Shown here: positions 42,690-55,379 of the stretch, piece by piece
How the letters are laid out: each line of letters opens with the position of its first letter
How positions within the stretch are numbered: position 1 is the first letter of the stretch
Assembly: GCF_963921235.1 (NCBI RefSeq)
Contig: NC_086109.1
Coordinates: 35,714,001-35,778,000 of the forward strand
Direction of reading: 5' to 3'
Length of the DNA stretch: 64,000 nucleotides
Source: Mobula hypostoma
Lineage: Eukaryota
Translations under genes and position numbers: made by a program
The notes under the pieces: generated by a model
The model's database searches: none
What the model was told of the DNA's origin: nothing
What the model saw: the letters and a program-made list of their open reading frames with translations, nothing else

Positions 42690-43020
42690 TCAGTCCTTGG
42701 GGGTTAAGATTATCTTCATTTGAGACATGTTTATCAAAACATAGAGTGGAATGTGTCATTTGTGTCAATAGCCAACACAATCCAAAGATGTGCTGGGGGC
42801 AGCCCATTGGTGTTGGCATGCATCCCGCGCACGTCTAGCAGGCCCAAAACTTACTAGCCCAAATGTCTTTCGAATGTGAGTGGAAACTGGAGCACCCAGA
42901 GGAAACCCACGTGGTCAAGGGGAGACTAAACAAACTCCCGCCGCTATCTGTAAGGAATTGAATCCCAGTCACCGGTACTGTAGAGCATTACACTAACCAC
43001 AATGATGCTGCACTGCCACT
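42690..43020 (-). mobile_element. SINE-like element
   Basis: Core ggaaactggagcacccagaggaaacccacgtggtca; the reverse strand begins gtggcagtgcagcatcattgtggttag. Confidence 0.7.
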
Positions 43021-43599
43021 TATTCCTTGCCCACAAGCTGTAATCAGTAACGTTTGTCAAAAACAGAGCATTTCATTCTAGAGTACATTAGATAATGACT
43101 CAGCTATAACTCACCATCACCTCTCCTGATCTTTATTCTGTTTCAGATTGATTAGCTACAATGCCATCAACTACGAAATCCCCAAGCTGTAGAACCCATC
43201 CTCTAAACATCTGTTCATCTATACCTGCATCTCACTTTATAGACTTCCCTGAACACCTTCCTCTTTCTCTCAAGCACTTTTCTGTACTATAGTCTCCAAT
43301 ATGTATTTGATCAAATTTGGTTTGATAATGTTTCTGTGAAGTTTCAGGGGGCATCTTATGACATTAAATGCATTATATAATTAAAACCTGGTGCTACATC
43401 TAGATATAAATGTTCCATCATTGACAGCTGTTGCTTTAGCCATCTTGGCTATAAGATCTGAAATTCTCTTAGCAAGCTTTTTAAAAACTTTTTTTCAGTT
43501 ATTATACTTAAGTAACTTGTGTATAATAACAAACAAATTGAAAAAAAGCTTGAAAAATTTTCAGATCTTTAACAAACAAGGAAATTATTATACTCAAGT

Positions 43600-43795
43600 T
43601 AATAACAGGAATTCTGCAGATGCTGGAAATTCAAGCAACACACATCAAAGTTGCTGGTGAACGCAGCAGGCCAGGCAGCATCTCTAGGAAGAGGAACAGT
43701 CGACGTTTCAGGCCGAGACCCTTCGTCAGGACTAACTGAAGGAAAAGTTAGTAAGAGATTTGTAAGTGGGAGGGGGAGGGGGAAATCCAAAATAA
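43600..43795 (-). mobile_element. Young Penelope-like 3' end
   Basis: High similarity to 25252-25441, with an intact hammerhead motif. Confidence 0.85.
43697..43734 (-). ncRNA. Minimal type I hammerhead ribozyme motif
   Basis: Reverse complement tagtcctgacgaagggtctcggcctgaaacgtcgactg is identical to 25343-25380. Confidence 0.75.
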
Positions 43796-44309
43796 TCTTA
43801 ACATACTTAACATGTTCATATGCTTCTGAGTTTTCCTATTTTAATTATTTTTTAAAAACCAATTGTCAAAAGGAGCAGAGATTATAAATTCACTTATCAA
43901 GAAGAAACATTTAACAAGATGGGAATGATGCAAATTAGAACATATTCCAACTTTAAAACAAAATGTGTATTGCCACTTTTTTCACTTGAAAGATCTACTA
44001 CTTTGATAATGACTCACATCAAATAGATTCAGCAAAGCAAATTATAAATGGTCATTAAAAAAATTGTTAGAAGATAAAAGTAAATTAGGACCATAGCAAG
44101 CTGGTTAAAATTATGTCACCCTAGGGTCTATAACAAAACACACAAGATAGGAATTGAACAATCCCAAGGAGTCAATTAACAGATATAAATATCAAAGTCA
44201 CTCTTGGAAATTCAAAGTAATGGAAGAATTAAATGCATAATGAAAGCAATTTCAGTTTGACCCTATTTCAACAATCGGCTTTAGTAAATCAAAAAAAAAA
44301 CTGTAGATC

Positions 44310-44820
44310 ATGAAAAGGTCTGCAGATGCTGGACATCCAGTGCAACACATGCAAAATACTGGAGGAACTCAGTGGTTCAGGTGGCATCTATGGAAATGAA
44401 TAAACAGTCGAAGTTTCGGGGTGAGACGCTGCTTTGGGACAGGAGTGGAAGGGGGAAAATTCCAGAGTAAAAAGGTGGGGGGAGGGGAAGGATATTATCT
44501 AGGAGGTGATGTGAAGCTAAGTGGGTGGGAAAGGTAAAGGGCTGGAGAGGAAGGAATCTGATAGGATAGGAGAGTGGACCATGGGAGAAAGGGAAGAAGG
44601 AGGGAACCCAGGGAGAAGTAATAAGCAAGTGAGAAGAGATAAAAGGCCAGAGAGGGGAATAGAAGAAGGGGCAAGGGGAGAGAAAAAAATTACCGGAAGG
44701 AAAATTAATATTCATGCCATCAAATTAGAGGTTACCCAGATGGAATATAAGGTATTTCTCTTCCACCCTGAGGGTGGCCTTATCTTGGCACAAGAGTAGA
44801 CCATGAACCAACATGTTGGA
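44310..44820 (-). mobile_element. Penelope-like element 3' part including the ORF C-terminus
   Basis: Minus-strand translation HGLLLCQDKATLRVEEKYLIFHLGNL*FDGMNI resembles the end of the PLE GIY-YIG domain (E..LI..L..L.P.G.N). Confidence 0.75.
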
Positions 44821-45135
44821 GTTATAGATACTGTTAATCTTTAAGAATAAGGGGTAGACAATTTAGAACGGAGTTGAGGAAAAGCTTTTTCACACAGAAG
44901 GTTGTGGTTCTGTGGAATGTTCTGCCTCAGAAGGCAGTGGAGGCCAATTCTCTGGATTCTTTCAAAAAAGAGTTAGATGGAGCTCTTAAAGATAGAGTGA
45001 AGGGATATGGGGAGAAGGCAGGAAAAGGGTACTGATTGTGGATGATCAGCCATGATCACAGTGAATGGTGGTGCTAACTTGAAGGGCTGAATGGCCTACT
45101 CCTGCACCTATTGTTTATTGTCTATTGTCTATTGA
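44820..45135 (+). mobile_element. CR1 3' fragment
   Basis: FRTELRKSFFTQKVV-like coding sequence; tail (ctattgt)n. Confidence 0.85.
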
Positions 45136-45444
45136 AAGATGAGCAGACAATTTTCTATATACTCAGCAGTTGAAGCAACACCCATGGTTAAATAAAGCTT
45201 CAGATCAACGGTCTCTGGTCAGAAGTTTTGCTGTCACAGACTGCAGTATTTTTTAAAGGTATTTGTGCCACAAGTCTACATACTTGAGTGGGTGTTTAAT
45301 GTGAAACAATCTGTTCCAGAGGTGAATTATTCCTGGCATATTTGGTTGGGGCACGATGATGTGCTCTCCTTTGAGGTAAATAAGTGTTCCATGGAGGGCT
45401 TGAGCTAGCTTTCACAAAATTATTAGCATGTTTATATAATGTAT

Positions 45445-45640
45445 TAGAGAAACACAGAAAACCTATAGCACAATACAGGCCCTTCGGCCCACAAAGCTGT
45501 GCCGAACATGTCCTTACCGGAGAAATTACCTAGGGTTACCATAGCCCTCTATTTTTCTGAGCTCCATATAACTGTCCAGAAGACTCTTAAAAGACCCTAT
45601 TGTATCCGCCTCCACCACCATTGCCAGCAGCCCATTCCAT
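45445..45640 (-). mobile_element. CR1 3' end, similar to the subfamily at 1109-3705
   Basis: Reverse complement resembles 3535-3700. Confidence 0.85.
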
Positions 45641-47207
45641 TAGACACAAAATATGTCCTAACATACTTTACTGGAGTGTTCCCAGACAAGGAACATGAGT
45701 TCCTCACATTGTGCTTGTGAGTGTCAGCACCTTAAGGAACTTAAACTTGGCTGAATTGCAGACATTGCAATGCAACAGTGAAAGATGGAATTTCATGGAT
45801 AGTTTAGTCCCAGAAGCAGCAAAGTCATTTGGTTTAGGTTGAAGCCGGTATTTGATGCTCCTCATGACTAAAGTCATCAGAGAATGAGAATCCAGCATGT
45901 GGTAATGCTGCAGTCTTAGCCTTCAGCTGTCCATTAGTTTTGAAGTATTTACTTTGTATGGATATAAAGAAAAACAAGAAAGGACAGTCAATCTGGTCAT
46001 GGTATATGGTGGTACAGGAGTGAGGTTAAGTCCATTAGATATAGGAGTAGAATTAGGTCATTTGACCCACCAGCTCCGCCACTTCATCATGACTGATCCA
46101 TTATCCTTCTCATCCACATTCTTATGCCTTCTTCACATGCCCCTTAATGCCCTGACTAGTCAAGAATCCGTCAACCTCTGCTTTAAATGACGTGGCATCC
46201 ATAGCTACCTGCGGCAATGAATTCCACAGATTCACCACACTCTGGCTAAAAATTGTTTTCCTCTTCTCAGTTCTAAAAGGACACTCCTCTATTCTGAGGC
46301 TGTGTCCTCTGGTCCTGGACTCTACCACCACAGGAAACACCGTCTCCATATCCACTCAATTAAGGCCTTTCGACGTTTGTTAGGTTTTGAGAGGAGGTCA
46401 CCCCTCATTCTTCTGAGTTCCAGTGAGTAGAGGCCCAAAACTATCAAACACTCCTCACGTGACAAGCCGTTCAATCCTAGAATCTTTTTCATAAGCCTCT
46501 TTTGAACCCTCTCCAATGTCAGAATATCCTTTCTTAGAAAACTGTTTGCAATACTCCCAGTGAGGCCTCACCAGTGCTACACAAAACTTCAACAATACAT
46601 TGTTGGTTTTATATTCTAGTCCCTGAAAGAAATGCTAATACCACATTTGCCTTCCTCATGTCAGAAATAGCCTGCTAATTAACCTTTAGGGAATCGTGCA
46701 CAATGACTCCGAAGTCCCTTTGCACTTCAGATTTTTTAATTTTCTCTACATTTAGAAAGTAGCCTACTCTTTCATATCTTCTACCAAAGCACGTGACCAT
46801 ATACTTCCCAGCACTGTAGTCCATCTGCCCTTCATCGCCCATTTTCCTAATCCCTCTAAGTCCTTCCGTAGCCTCTCTACTTCCTCAAAATTACTTGCCC
46901 TTCCATCTATCTTTGTATTGTCTACAAACTTTGCCACAAAGCCATCAACACAGTCATCCAAGTTGGCATATGATGTAAAAAGAAGTGGCCCCAAAACAGA
47001 ACCCTCTGGAACACCATTACTCACCAGCCGCCAACCAGAAAAGGCTTTCTTTTTTCCCACTCTTTGCCTCCTGCCAATAAGCTAACTTTTTTATCTATGC
47101 TAGTATTTTTCCTGTAATACTATGGGCTCTTTACTTGATAAGCAGCCTCATGTGTGGCACCTTGTCAAAGTCCTTCTGAAAATCCAAGTACACAACATCA
47201 ACCAATT

Positions 47208-47497
47208 AACACACACAAAATGCTGGAGGAACTCAGCAGGCCATGCAGCATCTATGGAAAACAGTGAACAGTTAATATTTCCAGCCGAGACACATCAGGT
47301 CTGGTGTGAAGTTGCCATTGCTAGAGTGAAGGTTTAGGGGAAACTGAAAAGTGACCTGATGAAGGGTATCAGCTCGATACATTAACTGTTTACTCTTTTC
47401 TCTGGATGCTGCCTGGCCTGCTGAGTTTCTCCAGTATTTTGTGTGTGTGTGTGGCTTGGATTTCTAGCATCTGCATATTTTCTCTTGTTTATGATTG
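47208..47497. mobile_element. Head-to-head Penelope-like hairpin nested in CR1
   Basis: Inverted arms acacacaaaatgctggaggaactcagcaggcc / ggcctgctgagtttctccagtattttgtgtgt; TSD-like aacatcaaccaatt (47194-47207) and aacaccaacaaatt (47498-47511). Confidence 0.85.
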
Positions 47498-48060
47498 AAC
47501 ACCAACAAATTCTCCATTGTTTATCCTGCCTGTTATTTCTTCAAAGAATTCCGACAGATTTGTCAAGCAAGATTTTCCCTTGAGGAAACTATGGCCTATT
47601 TTATCAATGTGCCTCTAAGTACCCCAAAACCATATCCTTAACAAGCAATTCCAATATTTTCCCAAACACTGATGTCAGACTAACTAGCCTATCATTTCCC
47701 TTTTTTCTGTGTTCTCCCATTTTTCAACAATGGAGTGAAATTTGCAATTTTCCATTCCTCCAGAATCATGCCAAAATCAATAGATTCTTGAAATATCATT
47801 ACTAATGCCTCCACAATCTCTTCACCCATCTCTTTCAGAGTCCTGGGGTGTACACCATCTGATCCAGGTGACTTATCTACCTTCAGACATTTCATTCTCA
47901 AAATGGCAACTTCACACACTTCTGCCCACTGATATTCTCAAATTTCTAGCAAACTGCTAGTGTCTTCCACCATGAAGACTGATGTAAAAGACTTATTCAG
48001 TTCATTTACTATTTCCTTGTCCCCCATTACTAACTCTCCAGCATCATTTTCCAATGGTTC

Positions 48061-49218
48061 TGTCATAAGGGGAGGGACGTACTCGAAGCGGACCCAAATG
48101 CAAGACCCAGACACTGAAGTACTAGGAACAGGACTAGGTGTGTCAAGCAAGCAAGGGAAGTGGGGAAGAAAGGACGCTGAACATTGACACAGACCCTGGA
48201 CGAGGCTAGGATACAGGGCCTGGGCTAGGACTAGACTAGGAAAGCAGGACCTGGACAAGGAACTAGGAACTTGGAACCTGGACGAGGACTCCGAGCCAGA
48301 AACTGGACAGAGACCAGGAACCTGGGGCTTGACTCGGGCTCAGACCCCGGATCTAGGCAAGGACAAGACGTGGCTACAGGACGAGGAGTGGCAACAGGAC
48401 TGGACGTGAGACTCCTGGACAGAATGAGGAACCCCAGTACAGGACGAGGAAACCCCTGCACCAGGCTGGCTGGGCGAGGTACTCCTGAACCAGGCGAGGC
48501 ACATGGACAGGACGAGAACACGAAGCCTTGACTTGGTCGAGGGAGAACAGGAACGCTGAGCCTTGGTCGAGGGAGAACAGGAACGCAGAGCCTTGGTTGA
48601 GGGAGAACAGGAACACAGAGCCTTGGTCGAGGGAGAACAGGAACGCAGAGCCTTGGTCGAGGGAGAACAGGAACATGGAACACAGAGCCAGGACCCCTCC
48701 TTGGGAACAGGACTTGGGGCCAGGGCTCTACAAAGAGTCAGGACCCCTCCTAGGGAGCAGGACATAGGGCCAGGACTCATACACAGAACACTGAGAAACA
48801 GATCTCCACTCAAGGTAGTGGCAAACAGCCAGACCTACGCAGCGGAGGTGTGGACACAGAGACAGTTCCGAACTCAAGGTAGCGGCAAACAGCTGGACCT
48901 ACCTAGCGAAGGTGGGCACACAAAGAGACAGTTCCAAACAATGAAAGACAGTTTCTTATCTAGACACAGCAAGGCCCTGATCTTGCCCTGATGGCGTTAC
49001 AGGTGAAGGTAGCAGGCGAAGCTTCAGAAGGAAGGGGAGGGAACAGTCCAGCCACTGAAGCTGAACCCAGGAGCTGTTTATGTAGCCAGCCCAAAATGGG
49101 AATCGTGTGCCTCAATTAAGGCACACAATGGGACAAGGGAAAACTGGAAAACATGGAATAAGGAACAATGGACTGGACCGTGAAGCGGAATGCGGACTTT
49201 ACGGACCGGACGATGACA
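48061..49218 (-). mobile_element. Solo LTR (1158 bp) of an LTR retrotransposon, nested in CR1
   Basis: Termini TGTCAT...ATGACA and a perfect 5-bp TSD ggttc at 48056-48060 and 49219-49223. Orientation is inferred, opposite to the copy at 62841. Confidence 0.9.
48531..48675. repeat. 30-bp tandem repeat, about 5 copies, inside the LTR
   Basis: Unit ccttggtcgagggagaacaggaacgcagag. Confidence 0.95.
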
Positions 49219-49940
49219 GGTTCAATATCTACTCTTGCCTATCTTTTACACTTTTACACTTCCATCTTTTCCTTCTTTAAGATTCTTTTAGTTTCCTTCT
49301 GTTGTTTAAAAGCTTCCCAATTCTTTAACTTCCACTAATTTTTCCTCCATTATCTGCCTTCTCTTTGGCTTTTTTGTTGGCTTTGACTTATCTTGTCAGC
49401 CATGATTGAGTCATACTGGCTTTAGAATACTTCCTCTTTGGGATGCATATATCCTGTGCCCTCCAAATTGCTCCCAGAAGTTCCAGCTATTGTTGCTCTG
49501 CTACCATCCCTGCCAGTGTTCTTTTCTAATTAATTTTGTCCAACTCCTCTCTTATGCCTCTGTAATTTCCTTTACTCCACTGTAATACTGATACATCTGA
49601 CTTTAACTTCTCCTTCTCAAGTTGCAGGGTGTATTCTATCATGTTATGATCATTTCCCCAAAGGGTTCATTTACCTTAAGCTCTCCACTCAATTCCAGTT
49701 AATTTCACAACACTCAATCCAGAATAGCTGATCTCCTAACGGGCTCAAAACCCTAAAAATCCATCCCATAGGCATTCCAGAAATTCCCCCTCATGGAGTC
49801 TAGCATCAACCTAACTTTTCCGATCTACCTGTATATTAAAATCTCCCATGATAATTGTAACAGTGCCTATTTGGCATACATTTTGTATCTCCCATTGTAA
49901 TTTGTAGACCATATCTTTTCCACTTTTCGAGGGTCTGTAT

Positions 49941-50245
49941 ATTAGATTAGATTCAACTTTATTGTCATTGTGCCAAGTACAGATACAAAGCCAATGAAAT
50001 GCAGTTAGCATCTAACCAGAAATGCAAAGAATAGTGTTACTTACAAAATAACGGAGAATAAAAAGTAAGTGCTACAGCACACAAATATAAAAGTACTGAG
50101 ACAGTACAATATGGGTGCAGGGTCACAGCCTCAGGAAAGAAGCTCTTCCTGTGCCTGCTGGTGCAGGAGTGGAGGCTCCTGTAGCACCTACCAGATGGGA
50201 GGAGAGTAAAAAGTCCATAGTTAGGGTGAGATGCATCCTTGATAA
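49941..50245 (-). mobile_element. Rex1-like LINE 3' fragment nested in CR1
   Basis: (ctaat)n tail on the minus strand; flanking tgtatat duplication; LLSSHLVG...RASFLRL. Confidence 0.75.
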
Positions 50246-50629
50246 TGTATATATCTCTATCAGGGTCCTTTTTACCCTTGCAGTTCCATAATTCGACCTA
50301 AAATGATTCAACACCTTCCGATCCTATGCCATCTCTTTCTCATGATTTGATTTCATTTTTTACCAACAGAGCCATGCCACCCTCTTTACATACCTGCCTG
50401 TTCCTTCAATACAATGTGCATCCTTGTATGTCATGCTCCCAGCTATAATCTTTCAGCCGTGATTCAGTGATGCCTGCACATCATACGTGCTAATATATGC
50501 CAATCATTGGTGGGGGAGAATATAATTGGCAGAATAATACCGTCTGCCTAATGGGATGCTCCAAGATTTGCATTGCCTGCCCTTCTTGGGCTGCATAAGA
50601 ACATGGAGTAGAAGGGGAAGATCCACTTA

Positions 50630-53285
50630 TCATGGTCCAACGGCAATATAGGAAGTTTCAAGAAGGGGGTATGATGAGAAACTTTGGATTATAGGAACCA
50701 ACTTGAAATGTAGCTTACCAGGAGTAATAATCTTTGGGTTGCATGAATCATGAGCAATTCTATCCAAGAGATCAGAATTTAATGCATAGTCTAAAAATGT
50801 TGGGGTTGGAAGGAATTTTGACTCATGGAACACCATCATTAGCTTTGGGAAAGGAAGAGCTATTTAGCTGAGAGTGAATTGGGTTGACAAAAAGCATGCT
50901 CCAACTTTAAACAAGGCTTTACATTGTATTAATAGTGCATCGGTTAAACAAACAAAATAAAATTGCTAAGAAAAACATTAAAGATTCTGCATATGATTGT
51001 AAAAACTAATTAAAACTGAATAGATGAACTGAAGGCACAAATAGTGGCAAATCTGTTACAGTGATATATAGAACATAGAACATAGAATAGTAATCCTCTA
51101 CACTATCTACAACACCACCAACCTTTGTGTCGTCTGCAAACTTGCCAACCCACCCCTCTACCCCCACATCCAGGTCGTTAATAAAAATCACGAAAAGTAG
51201 AGATCCCAGAACAGATCCTCATGGGACACCACTGGTCACAATCCTCCAATCTGAATGTACTCCCTCCACCACCACCCTCTGCCTTCTGCAGGCAAGCCAA
51301 TTCTGAATCCACCTGGCCAAACTTCCCTGGATCCCATGCCTTCTGACTTTCTGAATAAGCCTACTGTGTGGAACCTTGTCAAATGCCTTACTAAAATCCA
51401 TATAGATCACATCCACTGCACTACCCTCATCTATATGCCTGGTCACCTCCTCAAAGAACTCTATCAGGCTTGTTAGACACGATCTGCCCTTCACAAAGCC
51501 ATGCTAACTGTCCCTGATCAGACCACGATTCTCTAAATGCCCATAGATCCTATCTCTAAGAATCTTTTCCAACAGCTTGCCCACCACAGACGTAAGGCTC
51601 ACTAGTCTATAATTACCCGGACTATCCCTACTACCTTTTTTGAACAAGGGGACGACATTCGCCTCCCTCCAATCCTCCGGTATCATTCCCGTTGACAACG
51701 AGAACATAAAGATCCTGGCCAGAGGCTCAGCAATCTCTTCCCTCGCCACGTGCAGCAGCCTGGGGAATATTCCGTCAGGCCCCGGGGACTTATCCGTCCT
51801 AATGTATTTTAACAACTCCAACACCTCCTCTCTCTTAATATCAACATGCTCCAGAACATCAACCTCACTCATATTGTCCTCACCATCATCAAGTTCCCTC
51901 TCATTGGCGAACATCGAAGAGAAGTAATCATTGAGGACCTTGCTCACTTCCACAGCCTCCAGGCACATCTTCCCACCTTTATCTCTAATAGTTGCATAGA
52001 GATAGTATATGGATTGAAAATTAAATATTGACGGTTAGAAAGGACAGGCAATTATAAAAGGAGGGCTCTGGTAAGAAAAGATCAGCTCAGAATAGTCTTC
52101 AGAAAAAATCTTGACTCAGATAACCTGCATTTCAGATTATTATGGGTGCAAGATAAACAAATACATGTTGGAGTAAATTACAACAGATCCACATTTGGAA
52201 AGGGAATTAATCAAGAAATAAGGAATATTTGAGGAAAGATAATGCAATAATCATGCTGCACTTACATCTACAAATAGACTGGGAGAATTAAATGCGCAAA
52301 AGTAGTTTGGATGAAATGTTTATAGATTACATTCAACATGGATTTTTGAAATTAAACGTCATTGAAGCAAATAGGAAACCAGCTTACTTTGACCTTATTT
52401 TGTATAAAGAGGCACAGTTAATTAGTGAACTGAAAATAAGGGGTCCTCGGGAGAATGCTGAATCCAAATGATAGAATTTTATATGTTGTTTTGGAGATGT
52501 AGGTTTGTTGTTAACTAGAACCTTGAACTTTAGAAAAGTCAATAATAGCATCAGAGGTGTATTGATCTTTCATCAAACATAGATTAAAAGATTTGCTAGT
52601 TAATGAGCGACCGGTAATGTTTTAAAATGTTCAGTAATTGCAAATTCCATTCAGATATAGATACACAAGAGAAAAGCAAGCCACGGTTAATTAAGGAGAT
52701 TAAAGCAAGTATTAGATTAAAAGAAGAAGCTTATCATGGATCCAAAAGTAATAAACCTAAGGAATGGGAAAAATCAGCGGATCAGCAACAAATGACCAAA
52801 AAAAAAATAAAGGGAATAGAGGTGGATTATAGGAGTAAATTAGATGTAAAAAGTAAGAGATGCGACAATATTTTCTAGAATTTGGAACCTATCCAGTCTG
52901 AGTGAGAAGGTAAAAATATATCATGGTTAAGTCAGAAAGCAGGGTAGAAGAAAAGATTATGAGCCAACTAATGCCACATCTGCTGTCATTAAAATTTTGG
53001 AATCCATCATTTAAGAGATCTAATCAGGCTGCTTAAAAATCATAACATGATTAAGCAGAATCTGGATTGATTTATGAAAGAAAATTTGTATTTGACATTT
53101 CGAATGGAGATATTTTGAGGTACATAGTTACTAGCAGGGAGGATAAGGACAGGGTAGTGGATGCAGGATGTCTGTATTTATCAAAAATATTTGTTAAGGT
53201 ATCACAGAAAAGGCTGTTACATTAGATAGAGTTCTCAAGATTGAAGTAATATTTTAATATGGACTCAAATGCTGGTAAAGGACAG
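50630..53285 (+). mobile_element. Very old CR1 remnant, interrupted by a young CR1
   Basis: Heavily decayed ORF2-like text such as KPRLIKEIKASIRLKEEAY; a possible continuation lies near 54490-54680. Confidence 0.55.
51067..51990 (-). mobile_element. Young CR1 copy, 5'-truncated and internally deleted
   Basis: Closely matches 10570-11468; the (ttctatg)n tail is joined directly to FADDTKVGGVVDSVED. Confidence 0.95.
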
Positions 53286-53636
53286 AATTTTTGATGTCTT
53301 GAATTTTAAAAGTTTAGGCATATCAAAGATTTTCACAAGCATTGAATAATAGTAATAGCCATTGCATTTGATGACTCTGAAGAAGGGGCCTCACCAACTG
53401 TCAAAGCCGGTTTGTAGTGCAGTAGCTTGCCTGTGTTGAGAAAGCTCTGATTTCACACATTAATACATAGATATTGCATGCAGAGAGCCAGGTTCACAGC
53501 AAAAGAATGCAGTTAGGCCTACACTGGAAGAGACAATTTGGCCCAGGAGAAGTTGATCATTGATCACATCATAGCAACAGGCCCTCCATTCCATCAAGTG
53601 GCCATTTTGCAAAAATCCCGTTTCACTCTTCCTACA

Positions 53637-54122
53637 TTTGCATCAACTCGGCTTTGCTTGTTGCTCGGCTGCCGGGCCAGGGTTGAGGCACTCGGCAGAA
53701 ATGGTGCTCGGTGCTCGGTGTCGGAGGTCTGGTCGGAGGCTCGATGTTTTCGGACGGACGGACTCAGAGTCGGCTGTGGTCGGATTCTTCCAGGGTGCTG
53801 CATCAGCAGTTGTCGGTGCCTGGAGATTTATGGCAGGGAGAGTTTCTCCCTTTTGCCGCCTGCTATCAGGAGTCGATCGGAACTTTGAGACTTTTTTTTA
53901 CCGTGCCCGTGGTCTGCTCTTTATCAGATTATGGTATTGCTTTGCACTGCTGTAACTATATGTTATAATTATGTGGTCTTGTCAGTGTTAGTCTTTGGTT
54001 TGTCCTGTTTTTTTTGTGATATCACTCTGAAGGAACATTGTATCATTTCTTAATACATGCATTTCTAAATGACAATAAATGAGGACTGAGTGTCCTCATA
54101 ATCTAATCTAATCTAATAATCT
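53637..54122 (+). mobile_element. Non-autonomous retroelement, copy 2 of 3 (5'-truncated)
   Basis: Homologous to 59296-59965; tail (taatc)n. Confidence 0.8.
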
Positions 54123-54124
54123 AA

Positions 54125-54370
54125 ACTTCACACAGATTCTACCCCACACCTACACTCTGGGAGGAATTTACAGTAGTTATTTAACCTACCAAACTGCATG
54201 TTTTTGGGATGTTGGTGGGGGAGGGGGAACCAACACATTCAGATGAACCCACATGGTCACAGAGAGAGCAGGAAAACTCCACAGAGACAGGACAAAAGAT
54301 AAAAGATCAGTATCGAACTTTGGACACTGAAGCTATGAGGCAGCAGCACTACCAGCTGCCCCATTCTGCC
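54125..54370 (-). mobile_element. SINE remnant
   Basis: gaacccacatggtcacagagagagcaggaaaactccacagagacag...gaggcagcagcactaccagctg. Confidence 0.65.
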
Positions 54371-55379
54371 ACCCAAGTCATGGGGCAGTGAAGGTTTGTC
54401 CCACTATTTTCTTAATGGTCAATAAAGACCATTATGTTCCATTATGTACAGAGTTACCATGGTATGTTGGGACATTGGATCAAGCAAAATTGCAAGTACT
54501 GCAGTTAGAAGAGATCTGTTATAAGGCGCTAGGGTATAAAGATAATGAGGTACTGTTAAAGTTTTGCAATGCTTAGGTAAGGCCTAATTTAGACTGTGTG
54601 TACAATTTTAGTCTTTAAATCTAAGTATGATGATTGCCTTGAAATTAGTGTGATGAAGGTCTTTAGAGAGTGAAGTCCGGAGTTTAGCAATGCATTTGTA
54701 GAAGAACTTTTAACACTGCATCTAAATCCTGATAATGTTCTTACTTGATTTTACAGTATATTCTAAAACCATTTTCCTCTGCACTGTTGACAAGCTGCAC
54801 GCAGCCAAATCAACATTGTATACATGAAATATAATGTAATTTTCTTAATAGCAGATAATTTTGTTAATTTTTATAGTCAAAATAACTGTGCTATGAACTA
54901 GATTATAGAGACCATTAATCTGATCTATATTTGCTGAGTGAGAAGATCATGTTAGTTGGTTGAGGCAAAGAATGTATTGCTATGTAAAGCTAAGGTAGGG
55001 TTTTGTTTCAGAAAGAAAGGTTTCCTACAATGTTTGGAGCCTGCTCAGTGACTGATTATAGAGCAGAAGGAACAACATTTATACTGTGGTCATGTTGTTT
55101 AACAGAGATCTGCCACTTAAGACTGTCAACTGATTGGTCCTTGAATTCTAGCTTAGAATCTTGAGAATTTAGACTTCATTACTTAATTAAGTCTGGAATT
55201 AAAAACCTGTTATCAGTAATGGTGACCAGGAAACTGCAGCAGGGTTGTAAAAAAACTGTTTGACCATTGTTGCTCAGCAAAGAAAATGCACTATCCTTCA
55301 TTTTTCTGACAATCTTTTTGACTCCAGACCATTAATGCAATTGATTCTTAACAGATACATTCTAGCAAGACTCTCAGTT

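Larger units (their letters stand above)
46030..50480 (-). mobile_element. Long decayed CR1 LINE with three nested insertions
   Basis: Minus-strand motifs in order: IMGDFN (about 49850), KVDKSPG (about 47880), GVPEGSVLGP and FVDNTK (about 47000), VNLWNSLP (about 46220). Confidence 0.9.

Noticed and set aside
48231..48991. Repetitive ORFs (VPVLPRPRLC, LVEGEQERRA) as proteins
   Set aside because: They are by-products of a 30-bp tandem repeat inside a solo LTR and are open in several frames on both strands.
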